NCBI RefSeq assembly: GCF_009914755.1
Contig: NC_060934.1
DNA: 64,000 nt
Reading direction: 5' to 3' (one strand)
DNA from: the human T2T-CHM13v2.0 reference genome, Homo sapiens
Shown here: positions 26,703 through 47,752 of the stretch, piece after piece
Position numbering within the stretch: position 1 is the stretch's first letter
Layout: every line of letters starts with the position of its first letter
The notes under the pieces: model-generated
Told to the model about the DNA's origin: nothing
Seen by the model: the letters and a program-made list of their open reading frames with translations, nothing else
The model's database searches: none
Made by a program: the position numbers and the translations under genes

Positions 26703-27936
26703 TCAAAATCCTTATATAAATTATTTTGTTCTACTATGTCCAAATGTAAACACACATGTGTGTGTGCAAACCCAAGAAAGGTGTATGTCCCTAAAATAAG
26801 GCCAGGTACAAATTTGGGCCACAGACGGCCCAAAGCAGGTGGGCAATCTTGTATCATTGAAGACTTGTGATTGCAAATGGCAGATACCTACTCAAGCTGG
26901 CATTAAGTACACATCGGAATTTGTGGGCTCACCTAAGTGAAAAACCAGGTGGTGTTCTAGCTTCCTGCCTTGTCTCATTCACCCATCACCAGCATCCAGT
27001 ATCTCTCTCCCTCTCTTTCTCTGGGTACGACCTATTCAGCTGACCCTGTCCTCAGACCAGCTTTTTTCTCATCATTTGAGATTCTCTCATTAAATTCAAG
27101 ACCCTCGGGAAGAACCCTTGCCTCTGTCCAGCATTGTCAGAAAAATCAGCCTTGCAGCTCATTGGCTCTGTGTTTCCCTGAACCAATCTCTGCAGCCAGG
27201 AGGAGGGACCTGTGGAGGAATCAAGCCCAGCTGGAAGAAGAAGAGGGTGGAGTCAACCACACCCAAGAGGAGGGAAGGGCTTTCCCAGAGGGCACTTTTG
27301 ACTGGGGCACCACTGCAACAAAAGAAGGATAAAGTATGCTGTGTGAAAACCTCAGATGTCCCCCACAAGCCTTCTCTCTTTCCCCTAAACCCACTACCCC
27401 TTAGCACTTTATTCCTCCCACAGCAGCAGAGGCTGGTCCAGAGAAGACCAAGGCCAGCCAGTAAGGAAAAGTGACAAGATCATCCACCTTCAGCCACAAC
27501 TTTGAGGCATGTGGAGAGGGGACAAGGGGTGTGGCCCTGCCAGCTCACAGCTCTAGTCTCACCAAAGGAATCAAAAGAGAGTGACAGTGTTTTGCTCAGC
27601 TTTTGCTGCTTACAGAGTCTCTATGGCATCATCCAGAAGCATTTATTTTTCCCTTCCATGTCTGTGGGTTGGCTGGGGTCTGCTGGCTCAGGCTGAACTC
27701 CTTGATCTCAGGCTCCAGGTGGGGTTTGGACCTGCACCACAGAGCACTCATTGGCCTGGAGCCAGCTCTCCCTGGGCCATGCTCATCTCACCGCCTTGGC
27801 TAAAGCACAGGAGAGCAAGGCCAGCCGCACGGTGCAGTTCCAGCCTCTGCCGCATCATCTCTGCCAACTTTCCAGTGGCCCAAGCAGGTCATGTGGCCAT
27901 GCTCAAAGTCAAATCATGGGGAAGCATGTGTCCCAC

Positions 27937-28345
27937 TGATATGGTTTGGAAGTTTTTTCCCCTCCAAATCTCATGTTGAAATGTGGCTTCCAATGTTGCA
28001 GGTGGGGCCTGGTGGGAGGTATTTGGATCATGGGAGCAGATCCCTCATGAATGGCTTGGTGCCTCCTTTTAGTAATGAGTGAGTTATTGCTCTGAGTTCA
28101 GGCAAGATCTGGTAGTTTAAAAAAGTGGGCATCCCTTTTCTTGTTCCCTTTCTTGCCACTTGACACACTTGCTCCCCTTCCACCTTCTGCCATGAGTAGA
28201 AGCTTCCTGAGGCCTCACCAGAAGCAGATGCTGGCACCATGCTTCCTTTACAGCCTGCAGAACTGTAAGCCAATTAAACCTCTTTTCTTTATAAATTACC
28301 CAGTCTCAGGAATTCCTTTATAAGCAATATAAACAGTCTAATGCA
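27937..28345 (+). mobile_element. MST-type MaLR solo LTR nested in an older MLT1-like LTR
   Basis: TGATATGGTTTGG...CTAATGCA termini with 5-bp TSD CCCAC (27932-27936, 28346-28350). Confidence 0.85.
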
Positions 28346-31300
28346 CCCACCATGTTGCAAGGCTGTGGGAGTACAATACCGGTACAGGGAAGAGAGAACT
28401 TGAGACCAATCATTTAATTGACCACAGAAGGTAACCAAAGAACAGCCTTCCCACAGGCTCAGCACTTTTAACTGATTTTTTTATGGAAGTGAAACCTCAG
28501 CCTTGAGCACTAAAGCCCAGTAAAATGGTCTCGTTCAAGATCTTGGGATCTATTTGAGGGAACAAAGGAGGACATGTGAGAGCCCCGAGCTCCCTATGGA
28601 GGCCACACTTGGAAGGAGCAGGTATTCAGCAGAGATCATTCCCTTCTAGCCACTGTCCCCGCAGTCCCAAGACAGTCATCAGAAAGGCCACCTAGGTAAT
28701 AATCAAATCTGCAAACTTGAGTTAAGTCTCCCCATCTCCCATGGTGAGGACCAGCCACAGACAGCCTCTGCCCTTGGAGAGGGTGCCATGGTCAGCCTCC
28801 TCTCTCCTCTCTCACTGCCCGTAGCAGACTTCTGAGGTAAGAGCATGAGCAGAGGAAGGGAAGGGGATTTGGAAAGTTCTGTCTTGACGGTCTCGTAAGA
28901 TGCCTTACCTCTCCAGATCTGGAAGAGGTTTCATGCTCAAATGGGCCCTTTGAAAGGAACCCTCGATCCTTCACCCCTGACACCCACTCCAGAACCAGAG
29001 TGCCCTTGACCTGAGCAAATGAATCAGAAGCCACTTGCTCCCTCCTCTACCCCTAGAAAGTTCACCTCCTACTTCCTTCCACTGTGCTACATATGCCCTC
29101 TGGGTAGGGCCTGTGGTCAGGACTGAGATGATCACACACCGGCTCTTTCATTCACATGGCCAATGTCTGGTTGTGGGAAATATGTACACATTCCACATCC
29201 TGACAAGTCCCCAGGCACATGTCAGTGACAATTCCCCATCACACTCTGAGCCACACTCACACTACCAGTGGCGTGTCATGTGCCCAAGATCCACAAACCT
29301 TTGGCTGGCATCTGAGGGAGCCTGGCTGCTTCCCAACACAGCAGCTGCCTACTGTCTTCATCAGAACCAAGAAGCCACAATTGCCTGTGCACCTCCACCA
29401 GCAGTCCGTCTGCCTCCCAAACTCCAGGGGACAGAAAGCAAGCTCTCAGAGCAGAGTTGAATCCCCCACTCTCTGGGCTGGAGGGGAGGCTGTCCTCTGC
29501 TCCACCTGCCCCCTCTCTACCTGAGCACAGCCCCCTCCCCGAGCACACCCCCCTCCCCAGCCCTGGCCAGCCGTAGGAGGTGGGAGTCCACATCACAGCC
29601 CCAGCCCTCAAGAAAGGAATCTGGCAAATCCCCTCCCTCCCTCACTCTCTCAGCCCTTCCTCTCACTGGGGGACAGTTGTCCAGCAGGTTCTCAGCCACC
29701 TTTGGAAATCTGCGTCTTAGTCTGTCACCACTCTTTGGAGTTTGATAGCTAATTTCTTCATGTCTTAACCGACACATCAATTTAGCATATTAATACATCA
29801 AAAAACAAAGTCTTTCCGCCCTCTTATGGCTCATTGGATGCATGCCTGGTGACTGAGCACATTGCTGTTCCTGAAAAAAAAAAATGTGGGTCAGTTGTTA
29901 GCACAGAAGCTGGCGGAGGGGCAGGAGTGAGCCATGGAGGCTGAGCAGTAAATTAATTGTTGTTTGCCACAAATGGCCCTTGCTGAAAAGACCCCATCCC
30001 TAAGGGGGGTCAAAAAACTTTAGGACAGCTGAGTGCCCAGAGGTGACGACTGAGGAAGGACAAGCCTTGCCTCAGTTCCTGACTTCTGCTCCATGCTGAG
30101 GGGCAGCCTTGGTGGTCAAGAGACTGAAGCTGGAACAGCTGATGCCAACGCCGGCTCAGCTCCTTGCTAACACAGTGGCCTTGGCGGGCTCACTCCCCTC
30201 TGCCGCCCTCTCTCTCCACCCCTCCAGGGGCAGGGGCTGCATGCAGCAGGATGCAGGGGCTGCCAGGACAACATAGGTCCCCACCTCAGCACCTGTGCTG
30301 GCTCCATCCTCTCTGGCTCCTCCACGTGGGGCTTTCCATGGCCCCAGACTTAGCTCCTTCTGCTCAACAACTCCTGCCAGAAAGGAGGTGTCTCTTCCCC
30401 AGTACATCCCACAAAATTCCAGTGTTGATCCTGATTAGCCTCTCGCGGGGGCAGGGGGTGGGGTCACAGGGACATCCCTGAACCTATCACTGCAGCCAGA
30501 AATGAACTAGGCTGAGCAGCCAGGCCTGGGTCATGGACAAAGCGCTAGAATAGGGGTGAGTAGGGGAGTGCCAGGTACTGTGTGGACAGGGAAGGGGAAG
30601 GAAGTTGTTCCCTCCAGAGGGAAGGCAGAGTTCTGGTGCTGGTTGAGAGGAGGCAGGGGAGCAGGCCTGCCAGGCAGGGGAGCAGCAGGGCAGGAAGCAG
30701 AAACCACGCCCAGGGGCAGGAGGGAGCCACAGGCCCAAGCCCACCCTGCCAGTCGGAGTGACTGTCTGCAGGAGGAGACACAATTTGGAGCCAGCATGTT
30801 TCAGTGGGGGACGAGAAGTTCTGATCCAACAAGGAAAGATACTCCCTCCAAGCTCCTCAAAAGAAGGGGCTGGAGGAAATTAAGTCTGAGGCCGCCATAG
30901 CAGAACCAAAGAGCAGACAGGATGCTGGCAGGGGAACCCTCCCCCTCCTCACAAAGAAGGACCTGGGCTGACCTGGTGCAATTTGCATGAATTGAGAAAC
31001 ACAGTCTTCCACATGCTTCTCAGCGTGGCCTTTATCCTGCTATGGCCTCTGTGTTCCTCAGTGATGAGAGATGACACTTCCTTAGACAGGGATGATTCTT
31101 AAGGTTAATTGAAAGTGGCCTTTCTCGTAATCATCTGCTGCAATGAATTATTAATCACCTGCAGGCATTTGCAGGTCTTTAAACTCTTGGACTTCCTGCA
31201 GCCCTCCTTGGAAGTGCTTTTGCCATGGAAATAAAACTTCCGCTTGGCCATGAAAGACAGAACCCATGTCTGCTGCTGTTTCCAGGCTTCCCAGCTCCAC

Positions 31301-32919
31301 AGACACGGGGAAGAACAAGGTCTGAAAACAGGAAGCAGAGCCAGAGCTGCTGCCAGACCCTGGATGCCTTTCTGTTCTGGGGAGCTGGCTCCAGGCCAGC
31401 CAGGTCTCAGAGCCCCCGGGCAGTGGATGGAGGGGAGGCTGCCCAAAGTGCCTGTGGCTCTTTGCCTGATTCACGGTCAGCGCCACAGGAGAGGGTCTCC
31501 TGGGTCCTTGCCCTACAGCTGCTCACTGGTGAAGAAGGAACGAGGGAGCCAGGTGCCAGGCCTAGATCCACCACTTAGTGGGTGGGCCAGGAAACCTCTT
31601 TGATTCAGTTTCCTCATCTGAGGAGGAGGTCATGACCCTGCAGGGCAGACATGAGGCAGGGCTCCATGGGATCGTGTACATCAGGCCTGCATCTCAATGC
31701 TCAGAACATCAGGAGCAGCAAGAAGGATGAGCTCCCTCCTGCCACCTGCTTTTATCTTCCCGTGGAGGAAGATTGACTCAAAACTCAGTGGGCTGGCTGG
31801 CAGTGTAAGGATTTTGCAGATAGAGCTGACAACGTGATTTTGCAGACCCCAGAAGCTGGTCTGCAGGACCAGGGCAGGGAGCTCCTGTTGGGCCCTAAAT
31901 TGTGAGCCCAGGATGTGTATGATGCATGGACAATGTGGGCAGAAGCTGGGGCAGCTCATCCCAATGGCAAGAGCCCTTCATCTGCCATTCAGCACAGCCT
32001 CAGCCCTGGAGGTGGATAGTGGCGATGCCAAGCTGAATAAGACACGGCCCCCTGCCTTCATGGAGGCCCTCGGCTGCCAGGAAGAGTGAGGCAGCAGTCT
32101 CAGGCACAGAGTCCCATATTCGGCATGGTAGCTGCAAGGACCATGAGGACAAGGAGGGGATGATGAAGGGTTTCACAGAAGGCAAGATGCTGGGGGTTCA
32201 TCTTGAAACATGAGCAGTGGAGAAGGAGGGTGGGAGGGGCATTGAGTATTTCAGACAGGGAGAGAGCAGCATGGTGGGAGAGCCCAGTGCATACGCAGAG
32301 CCGTGGAAGTAGCTGCATCAGTCTGGGCACAAGCACTGCATAGAGATGGGTGGTGGGGGGGATGAGAATGGGAGGGGAGCCTGGAAGACAACAGCTGGGA
32401 AGGGGAGTGGGTGCAGCATGGAATCTGAAGAGCTGAGAGGAGGCCCATGCAGAGCTCCAGATGAGAGGTGATGGAGGGCTGGGCAAGGTTTTTTGCCATG
32501 ATAGAGATGGACAGAGGAGGAACAGCTGTCAGGACTTGGTGACACAGAGAAAGATGGGGACTTTGGAAAAGCACAGCATGGGGGTCGAGAGATGGCAGCT
32601 CTGGGCCTGGCACTCAGGAAGTGCCAGAAGGGATTCCCTTTTCAAAAAACATCCCACTACCCAACTCCACCCCCAGAACAGCCTGAGTACAGCTCGGGCG
32701 CAATCATGGAGGCAGCTGGTGTGGATGCCATGCCCCACTGGGGTGGTCAGGTGGGGGTGCATGGCAGCTGGGGGAAGGGGTCAAGATAGCTGACGGGTTC
32801 CATGTAGGGGTCCCCTGAGCCTTGCTAGCTGCCTGAGTCCAGTGTTGAGGCACACTGAACTCTAGACAGAGGAAGGGGAAATGTAAGCCACCCCTCCCAG
32901 GGTACTGCATGGACAACAT

Positions 32920-33870
32920 GGTCCACACAATGGTCCTAGAGATATCAAGTCCTCATCCCCAACCCCGTGACTACATAGCAAAAGGGGCTTTGCAGGTGTG
33001 ATTAAGTTAATGATCTTGAGATGGGGGTGGTGGTTATCCTGGATTATCTGATGAGCCTCTTATAGAGAAACGCCACACTCTGAGATGAATTCAGAAGTCC
33101 TTTATTAGCCGGCAACCGAGAGACGGCTAGTGCTCAAAATTCTCTCGGCCCTGAAGAAAGGGCTAGATTTTCTTTTATACTTTGGTTTAGAAAGGGGAGG
33201 AGGAGCCTAGCTGAAGCACTCTTACAGAAGCAAAACAGGCAAAAAGTTAAAAGACAAATGGTTACAGGAAAACAAACAGTTCCAGGTGCAGGGGTTTTAA
33301 ATCCATCACAAGGCGATAGATGCGGGGGCTTTGGGTACCATCAACCGGACACAAATGTGGGGGCTTAGGGTACTATCAACTGGGCAAATTCCTGGGAACT
33401 GCGGATATAGCTTGCCACAGTATCTTATCCATTAATTGCATTCTTTGATGTGCTGGGAGTCAGCTTGCACAAGTTAAGTCCTTGAGGAAGGGGGGTGGGT
33501 AAGGGGCTGCAAGTGAAGGAGCCAAAATGGAGTGTGTCTGGCTCTCTCAGCTAAGGGACAGTCAATTCAGGTTAAAACAAGGTAGGGTATCACACTTACA
33601 AGAGGGAGGCAGAAAGAGTTGATGTGAAATGACCTGGAGTGGGAGAGGTTAGAAAAGGCTGTGCTGCCGGCTTTGAAGACAAAGGAAAGGGCCACTAGCT
33701 AGCAGCCTCTAGGAGCTGGAAACGCTGGGAAACAGCTCCCTTGCCTCCAGAAGGCACAGGCCCTGCCAACCCAGTTTAGATTCCCGACCCCCCGAACTGT
33801 GAGATAACATGCATGTGGCTTAAACTACTCAATCTGTGGTACTTTGTTGCAGGGGCAACAACAAACATAC
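32920..33870 (+). mobile_element. MLT1B/C-like MaLR LTR interrupted by an ERV1 LTR
   Basis: ggggctttgcaggtgtgattaagtt...gatcttgagatggg...aagagggaggcag...gaactgtgagataa...gtggtactttgttgcag. Confidence 0.7.
33062..33594 (-). mobile_element. ERV1 solo LTR, LTR6-like (HERVS71 family, from memory)
   Basis: Minus strand starts TGTGATACCCTACCTTG; TATAAAA at 33173-33179 and AATAAA at 33101-33106 on the - strand in LTR order; 3' end appears clipped. Confidence 0.6.
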
Positions 33871-35164
33871 AGACATCTAACTCAGACCCGAGGCCTTGGG
33901 TGGGACCCAGGCCCCATTTCCTGAGACACCTGCTCCCACAGCGACCTGGGGTAAGCAGAAGTGGGGGAGGATTCTCCAGACACCCCAGACTGTCTCCAAG
34001 TAGAGCGGAGATCTCGCCAGTTAAGCGCACAGCTGAGGACAGTTACTGGGTGAAGTGGCCTGGGTCTCCGCCTTCTCATGCCCCCACCGCCCAGACCCTA
34101 GAAGGGGAGTGGCTGCGGCCTCTGCACCCTGGCGCTGAGGGCTCCCAGACCCGGCCCAGTGGGGCACCCCAGTTCACCACCCTCCTCGCCTTAGGTGAGC
34201 CAAAGCCCAGGCAGGGTGGAGCCTCACGCACACTGACTGCCCCCTAGGACAGGCACAGGTGACGCGGGGGTGTGGGACCCAGGCTATGACTCTGGACATA
34301 ACCTTCAAGGCTGTAAAACGAGAAGGTCCATCCCCCCAAAACACGCACTCCCCCACAACCACCCCCTCCCCCCCCCACACACACACACTCCCCTGCACCA
34401 CAGATACACACATTCCTTTCGCTCCCCACTCAGACGCCTCGAGGCCTCGGCGGGGGAACCATAGGGGCGCGACCAGGGCGCGCCGAGGTGTGACCAGAGA
34501 GGACACGCAGCGACCTTACTCCCGCCTTTCCCGCAAGGCGCGTTCGCCAGCCTGGACTAGTGGGCACGGGCCCTGCGTTCTAATAATCACCATAATAATA
34601 GGCGCTGGGTGTACAGAGGGGACCCAGGCGACGCTGGCCTCCATCCGATAACCACCGTAACAGGGGCTGGGCCGCGCCGCTCCTCCGCTCTAAGTGCTCT
34701 TTACATGCTTCTTAAGTTACCGGCAGGCCAGCCGCCCTTACGAGAGCCCCTCACGGACATTAACCCAATTGAGAAGACTGAACCCAGCATACGAACGTTA
34801 AGTTGTCCCAAATCGCAGGGCTGGCGAGTGAGGAGCCTGAATTGGAACCCAGGAGCTTCTGGAACCCGCTCCAGAATTGCGCTCTCGACCGGTTTGTCCG
34901 CTGAGAGCGAACGGGTGCGCGAGCGCCGCATCCCTGCCCAAGGCCATCAGGCAGGCAGCGCTGGGGCCGGGGACCCGCGCGGAGACTCCACCCCGGGATC
35001 CGGGAAGGCTCCCCCGAGCCGGGGTCGGAGCTGCGGCTGGAGGGGCCTCGGCTTGAGGAGGATCTGGGAGGGCGGGGGCTCAGTCCTGGCCACCAGGTGT
35101 GAGGGGTCGGGTGCGGAGCCCTGTGTCAGACGCGGCGGCGAAGGCTGTAGCCCTGCTCTCCGGG

Positions 35165-35528
35165 ATGGGGGTGGTACTCTCACCCCACCCTGCCCCAAGC
35201 CGCAGGGAGCCCCTGGCGCCCCTGGCGCCCGGGACCCGCCCTGGCTGGAGCCCTGCGGTTTCCGGGAGCTCACGGTCGGCTCTGCGCCCCTCCACCGCCG
35301 GGCCTGGGCCTGGGCCAGGGACGGGCTGGGGCGGGACTGCGGCCTCGGGGCGCTGGGTCCCTGCCCCTGCCGTGCACTGCGCGGCTCCCCGCGCCGCAGC
35401 TGGCCACCAGCAGCACCACGGACCGCCCCTGTGCTCGCCCGACGGCGCCCCGCGGCGCTTTAAGAGACGGCCTGGCAGCCCAGCCCCAGCCGCCCAGACC
35501 GGCGAGACCAGCCTGCGGGAGCAGCCCC

Positions 35529-35535
<7 letters not shown>
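35165..35535 (+). CDS. SYT15: Alternative-frame extended SYT15 exon 1 (MGVVLSPHPAP...REQPHGG); 474-aa TM-less isoform when spliced to exon 3
   Basis: ATG at 35165 (gggATGg), open to the shared donor at 35535; GG|G CCA CCA joins exon 3 in frame; 371+1054 nt = 474 aa + stop. Confidence 0.55.
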
Positions 35536-44004
<8,469 letters not shown>

Positions 44005-44991
44005 CCCTTCGCCCAGCACCGCGGTTCCGCTTTGGGAGCCGACCATCCTCGCAGTTGCATGTGACAGCCACAGCCACACGCATGGACGTTTCATCCAACA
44101 GCTCCCCGAGCTGCCAGCCAGCCCGAGCCAGGAGGACGTGAGTGCTGATATGCAGGAGAGAAGAGGGGACAAAGAAGCCCTGGCCCGGTCAGCGGCTCTG
44201 GCCATACAGCCTTCCGACACACTCCCTCCTCCTTATCTGCGGGGCTGCCTGGGCTCGGAATCCCGGCTCCTGGTCCTCACAGCCCTGATTTGGACCAGAA
44301 TCTCAGATGCTCAGAAGAAAGATCCTGTTTAGTGATGACCCAGCTCTACCTGCTGAATGGACCTGCAGGGTAAACTTGGGTGCCTCCATCTGGGAAAGCT
44401 GATGATGTGTTCATGCAGTCGATGACCCTCACTGCTTTTTCAGCCAGGGTTTCTCTGCCTTCTGCCTGGCAGAGAAAACACACTGCTATGGGGAAAATCA
44501 CAGGGAGGGCGCTGTGACCAGCGCACTCAGGCACCAAGTGTCGGCATGGCTCACTGTGCTGGGTGAAGGCCTCCCCGAGCATTAGGTCCTCCACGGGGCT
44601 GTGTCAAATGCCCTCCCACATTGTGTCAAGTCTGCCCATGGCCCACCCTCCCCACAGTCCAAAACCACACAGCCCTGGTTCTCCAGCTGTTCTGCTGCTG
44701 TTTCTGTGCTCTCCCTGATTAAGAGCATTCAGTTCCTGGGCTCTCCCTTTGAGCAGGAAATGGTGAAAGCATGTGGCTATGGTATAGCCCACAGGGCTGA
44801 GATTGCTGTGTTGCAGTATTGATGTAAAATTTGTTAAGAAGGAAGTACCCACAGATCACTGCCATCAACTCCCCAGAAGTTGCACTCAAGCTAGTGAGCA
44901 GCCCTTGTGCTTGTCACAGTTACTGTAACAGGTAGTGTGTATTTGCACCTGGCATCGTGCAGCCTGCACGTCAACACGTTGTTTTGTGTAA

Positions 44992-45388
<397 letters not shown>

Positions 45389-45545
45389 TAGCAAAAGAGG
45401 CAATGAATGTTATACTGAGTTTCTACCTCTTTAACTCCACCTCCAATTTCTGTCAATCTACAAACACAAGTGTCGCCTCGCAGTGTTTCGTATGAACAGA
45501 ATATCTTGTGTTTGCTTTTTGTCACTTATTTCACTTGCACATTTT

Positions 45546-45868
45546 TTGTTTGTTTGTTTGTTTGTTTGTTTGTTTGTTTTTTGAGATGGAGTCTTGCTCT
45601 GTCGCCCAGGCTGGAGTGCGGTGGCGCGATCTAGGCTTACTGCAAGCTCCGCCTCCCGGGTTTACTTACACCACTGTCCTGCCTCAGCCTCCGGAGTAGC
45701 TGGGACTACAGACACCTGCCACCACGCCCTGCTAATTTTTTGTATTTTCAAGTAGAGACGGGGTTTCACTGTGTTAGCCAGGATGGTCTCGATCTCCTGA
45801 CCTCATGATCTACCCGCCTCGGCCTCCCAAAGTGCTGGGATTACAGGCGTGAGCCACCACGCCCGGCC
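45546..45868 (-). mobile_element. AluY, antisense in SYT15 3' region
   Basis: AluY diagnostics (ctgcaagctccgcc, gtgttagccaggatggtctcgatc); TSD CACTTGCACATTTT. Confidence 0.9.
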
Positions 45869-45958
45869 CACTTGCACATTTTCAAAGTAGTCCGCAAAGC
45901 TGTAGTTTCTAATAGCTTCATAGCTCACATGTAATAGGGGTTCTCTGTGTGTTTATAG

Positions 45959-46008
45959 AGCAGGCTACTACAGTGGAACTGTTTCTGTTTCATCTGACAT
46001 CCGGATAG
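45959..46008 (+). CDS. SYT15: SYT15 alternative terminal coding exon (390-aa isoform with truncated C2B)
   Basis: Acceptor ttctctgtgtgtttatag|. Spliced to exon 7 it reads KQATTVELFLFHLTSG*, total 390 aa, matching the recalled length of Syt XV-b. Donor AAG|GTGAGA after 46033. Confidence 0.75.
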
Positions 46009-46784
46009 ATGCCAGCCACCCCCACATTCCAAGGTGAGATTTCTGACTAGCAGTGACTTTTCTAGGGCCGCTTGGAAAAGTTGATAAGTATCCTTTTCTG
46101 CAGGACAGAGTAGACTGGTATCTCTGACTCATCCCTGAAAAATCTAAATGGCAAGAGACTAGCTGGCTCTCTGCTCTGATGGGGAGGAGGTTGTTGTTTG
46201 GGCTGTTCTCTACAGACATAGTCAGGGCAAAAAGCATACGCATGCTTCCCATGGACCAGAGAAACCTGGCCTGGGTTGTCTCAAATCCTGTCCACAAGGC
46301 AACTCCAGAAGAAAGAAGCCCTTTACATTTCCATAAAACACTTTAGAATCAGCTAGTCAATTTCCACAAAATAAAGTGCTAGAATTTGATTGGATTTAAT
46401 TGATTATGTAGAACAATTTGGGGGCCATTTGACATCATTAAAATATTCAATCTTCCTATTCATTAACATGGTATATCTCTTCACTTTAAGTCTTTTGTAT
46501 GTTTCTCAGAACTATTTTTGTGGTTTTCAGTAAAGTGTTCTTGCACATCCTTCAATAGATTTATTCTTAGACGTTTTATATTTGTTTATGGCTAGTATAT
46601 ACAGATTCTGTTGCTACAAAACTATGTTGACCTTGTTATCCAGTGAGAGGCTTTGTGACATTCATTTAAATTGTAATAATTTGCAGATTATTTTTGTATA
46701 ATCATGTCCTCTGTGAATGACAGTTTTATTTCTTCCTTTCTTAATCTTTATGCCTTATTTAGCTCTTGCCAAACTGCAGTGGCT

Positions 46785-46961
46785 GAGCAATTGGACAAGA
46801 TAAAGAAATAAAAGTGATCCAGATCATAAAGAAAGAAGTAAAACTATATCTGCACATGACATAATCTTGTCTATGGAAAATCCTAAGGAATCCACACACA
46901 AAAAAACTACTAGAGCTAATAAGTTTGGCAAGGTTGCAAGATATAAAATTGGTATACAAAT
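46785..46961 (+). mobile_element. Internal L1 ORF2 fragment in sense orientation flanked by 10-bp direct repeats
   Basis: Reads AIGQDKEIKVIQIIKKEVKL...ENPKEST...NKFGKVARYKIGIQ (with frameshifts); TGCAGTGGCT at 46775-46784 and 46962-46971. Confidence 0.75.
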
Positions 46962-47417
46962 TGCAGTGGCTAGGACCTCCAGCAGAATGCTGACTATAAG
47001 TAGTGATAGTGGGTATTCTTGTCTCATCCTCAATCTCAGGGGTGGTGGGTGTGGCATGTGGAGAGTTGTCAATATTCACCATGAAGTTTGATGGTTGTTA
47101 TAGGATTTTTAATGTACTCATTAACATATATTCTCAAGCTGTTAAAAAGATTTTTTTAATTACAAATAAGGTTAAATTTCTCTCAAATACTTACTCTGCA
47201 CCTTTTGAAATAATTTTATTTTTCTCCTTTATTCTTTGGATGTGATGACTTATACTAATTGACTGTTGAATGTCAAACCAAACTTAACATTCTTGTAATA
47301 GAAACCAGCAGGGTGTGTACACTTTTGTGTGTGTGCGCAGGTTTATACACATAAACACAACAATACTTGGACTTATTTATTTAAAATTTAGATTTATTAG
47401 AGGGAGCATGGCCATAA

Positions 47418-47434
47418 AATAAAATAAAATAAAA
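47418..47434 (+). terminator. Candidate poly(A) signal cluster for the long SYT15 3' UTR
   Basis: Tandem AATAAA hexamers in (AAAAT)n just before an Alu; ~3.4 kb after the exon 8 stop. Confidence 0.4.
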
Positions 47435-47446
47435 TTTAGATTTAAG

Positions 47447-47752
47447 TCGAGCTCAGTGGCTCACATCTATTATCCCCGCACTTTGGAAGGCCAAGGCAGG
47501 TAGATTGTCTAAGCTCAGGAATTTGAGACCAACGTGGTGAAACTCGGTCTCTACAAAAACCACAAAAATTAGCCAGGTATGGTGTCACATGCCTGTTGTC
47601 CCAGCTACTTGGAGGGCTGGGGCAGGAGTATTGCGTGAGCCCGGGAGGTTAAGGCTGAAGTGAGTCATGTTCACGCCACTGCACTACAGCTTGGATAACA
47701 AAGCGAGACTCTGTCTCCAAAAATAAAATAAGTAAATAAATAAATAAATAAA
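47447..47752 (+). mobile_element. Alu (AluJ-like)
   Basis: Diverged Alu with (TAAA)n tail. Confidence 0.85.
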
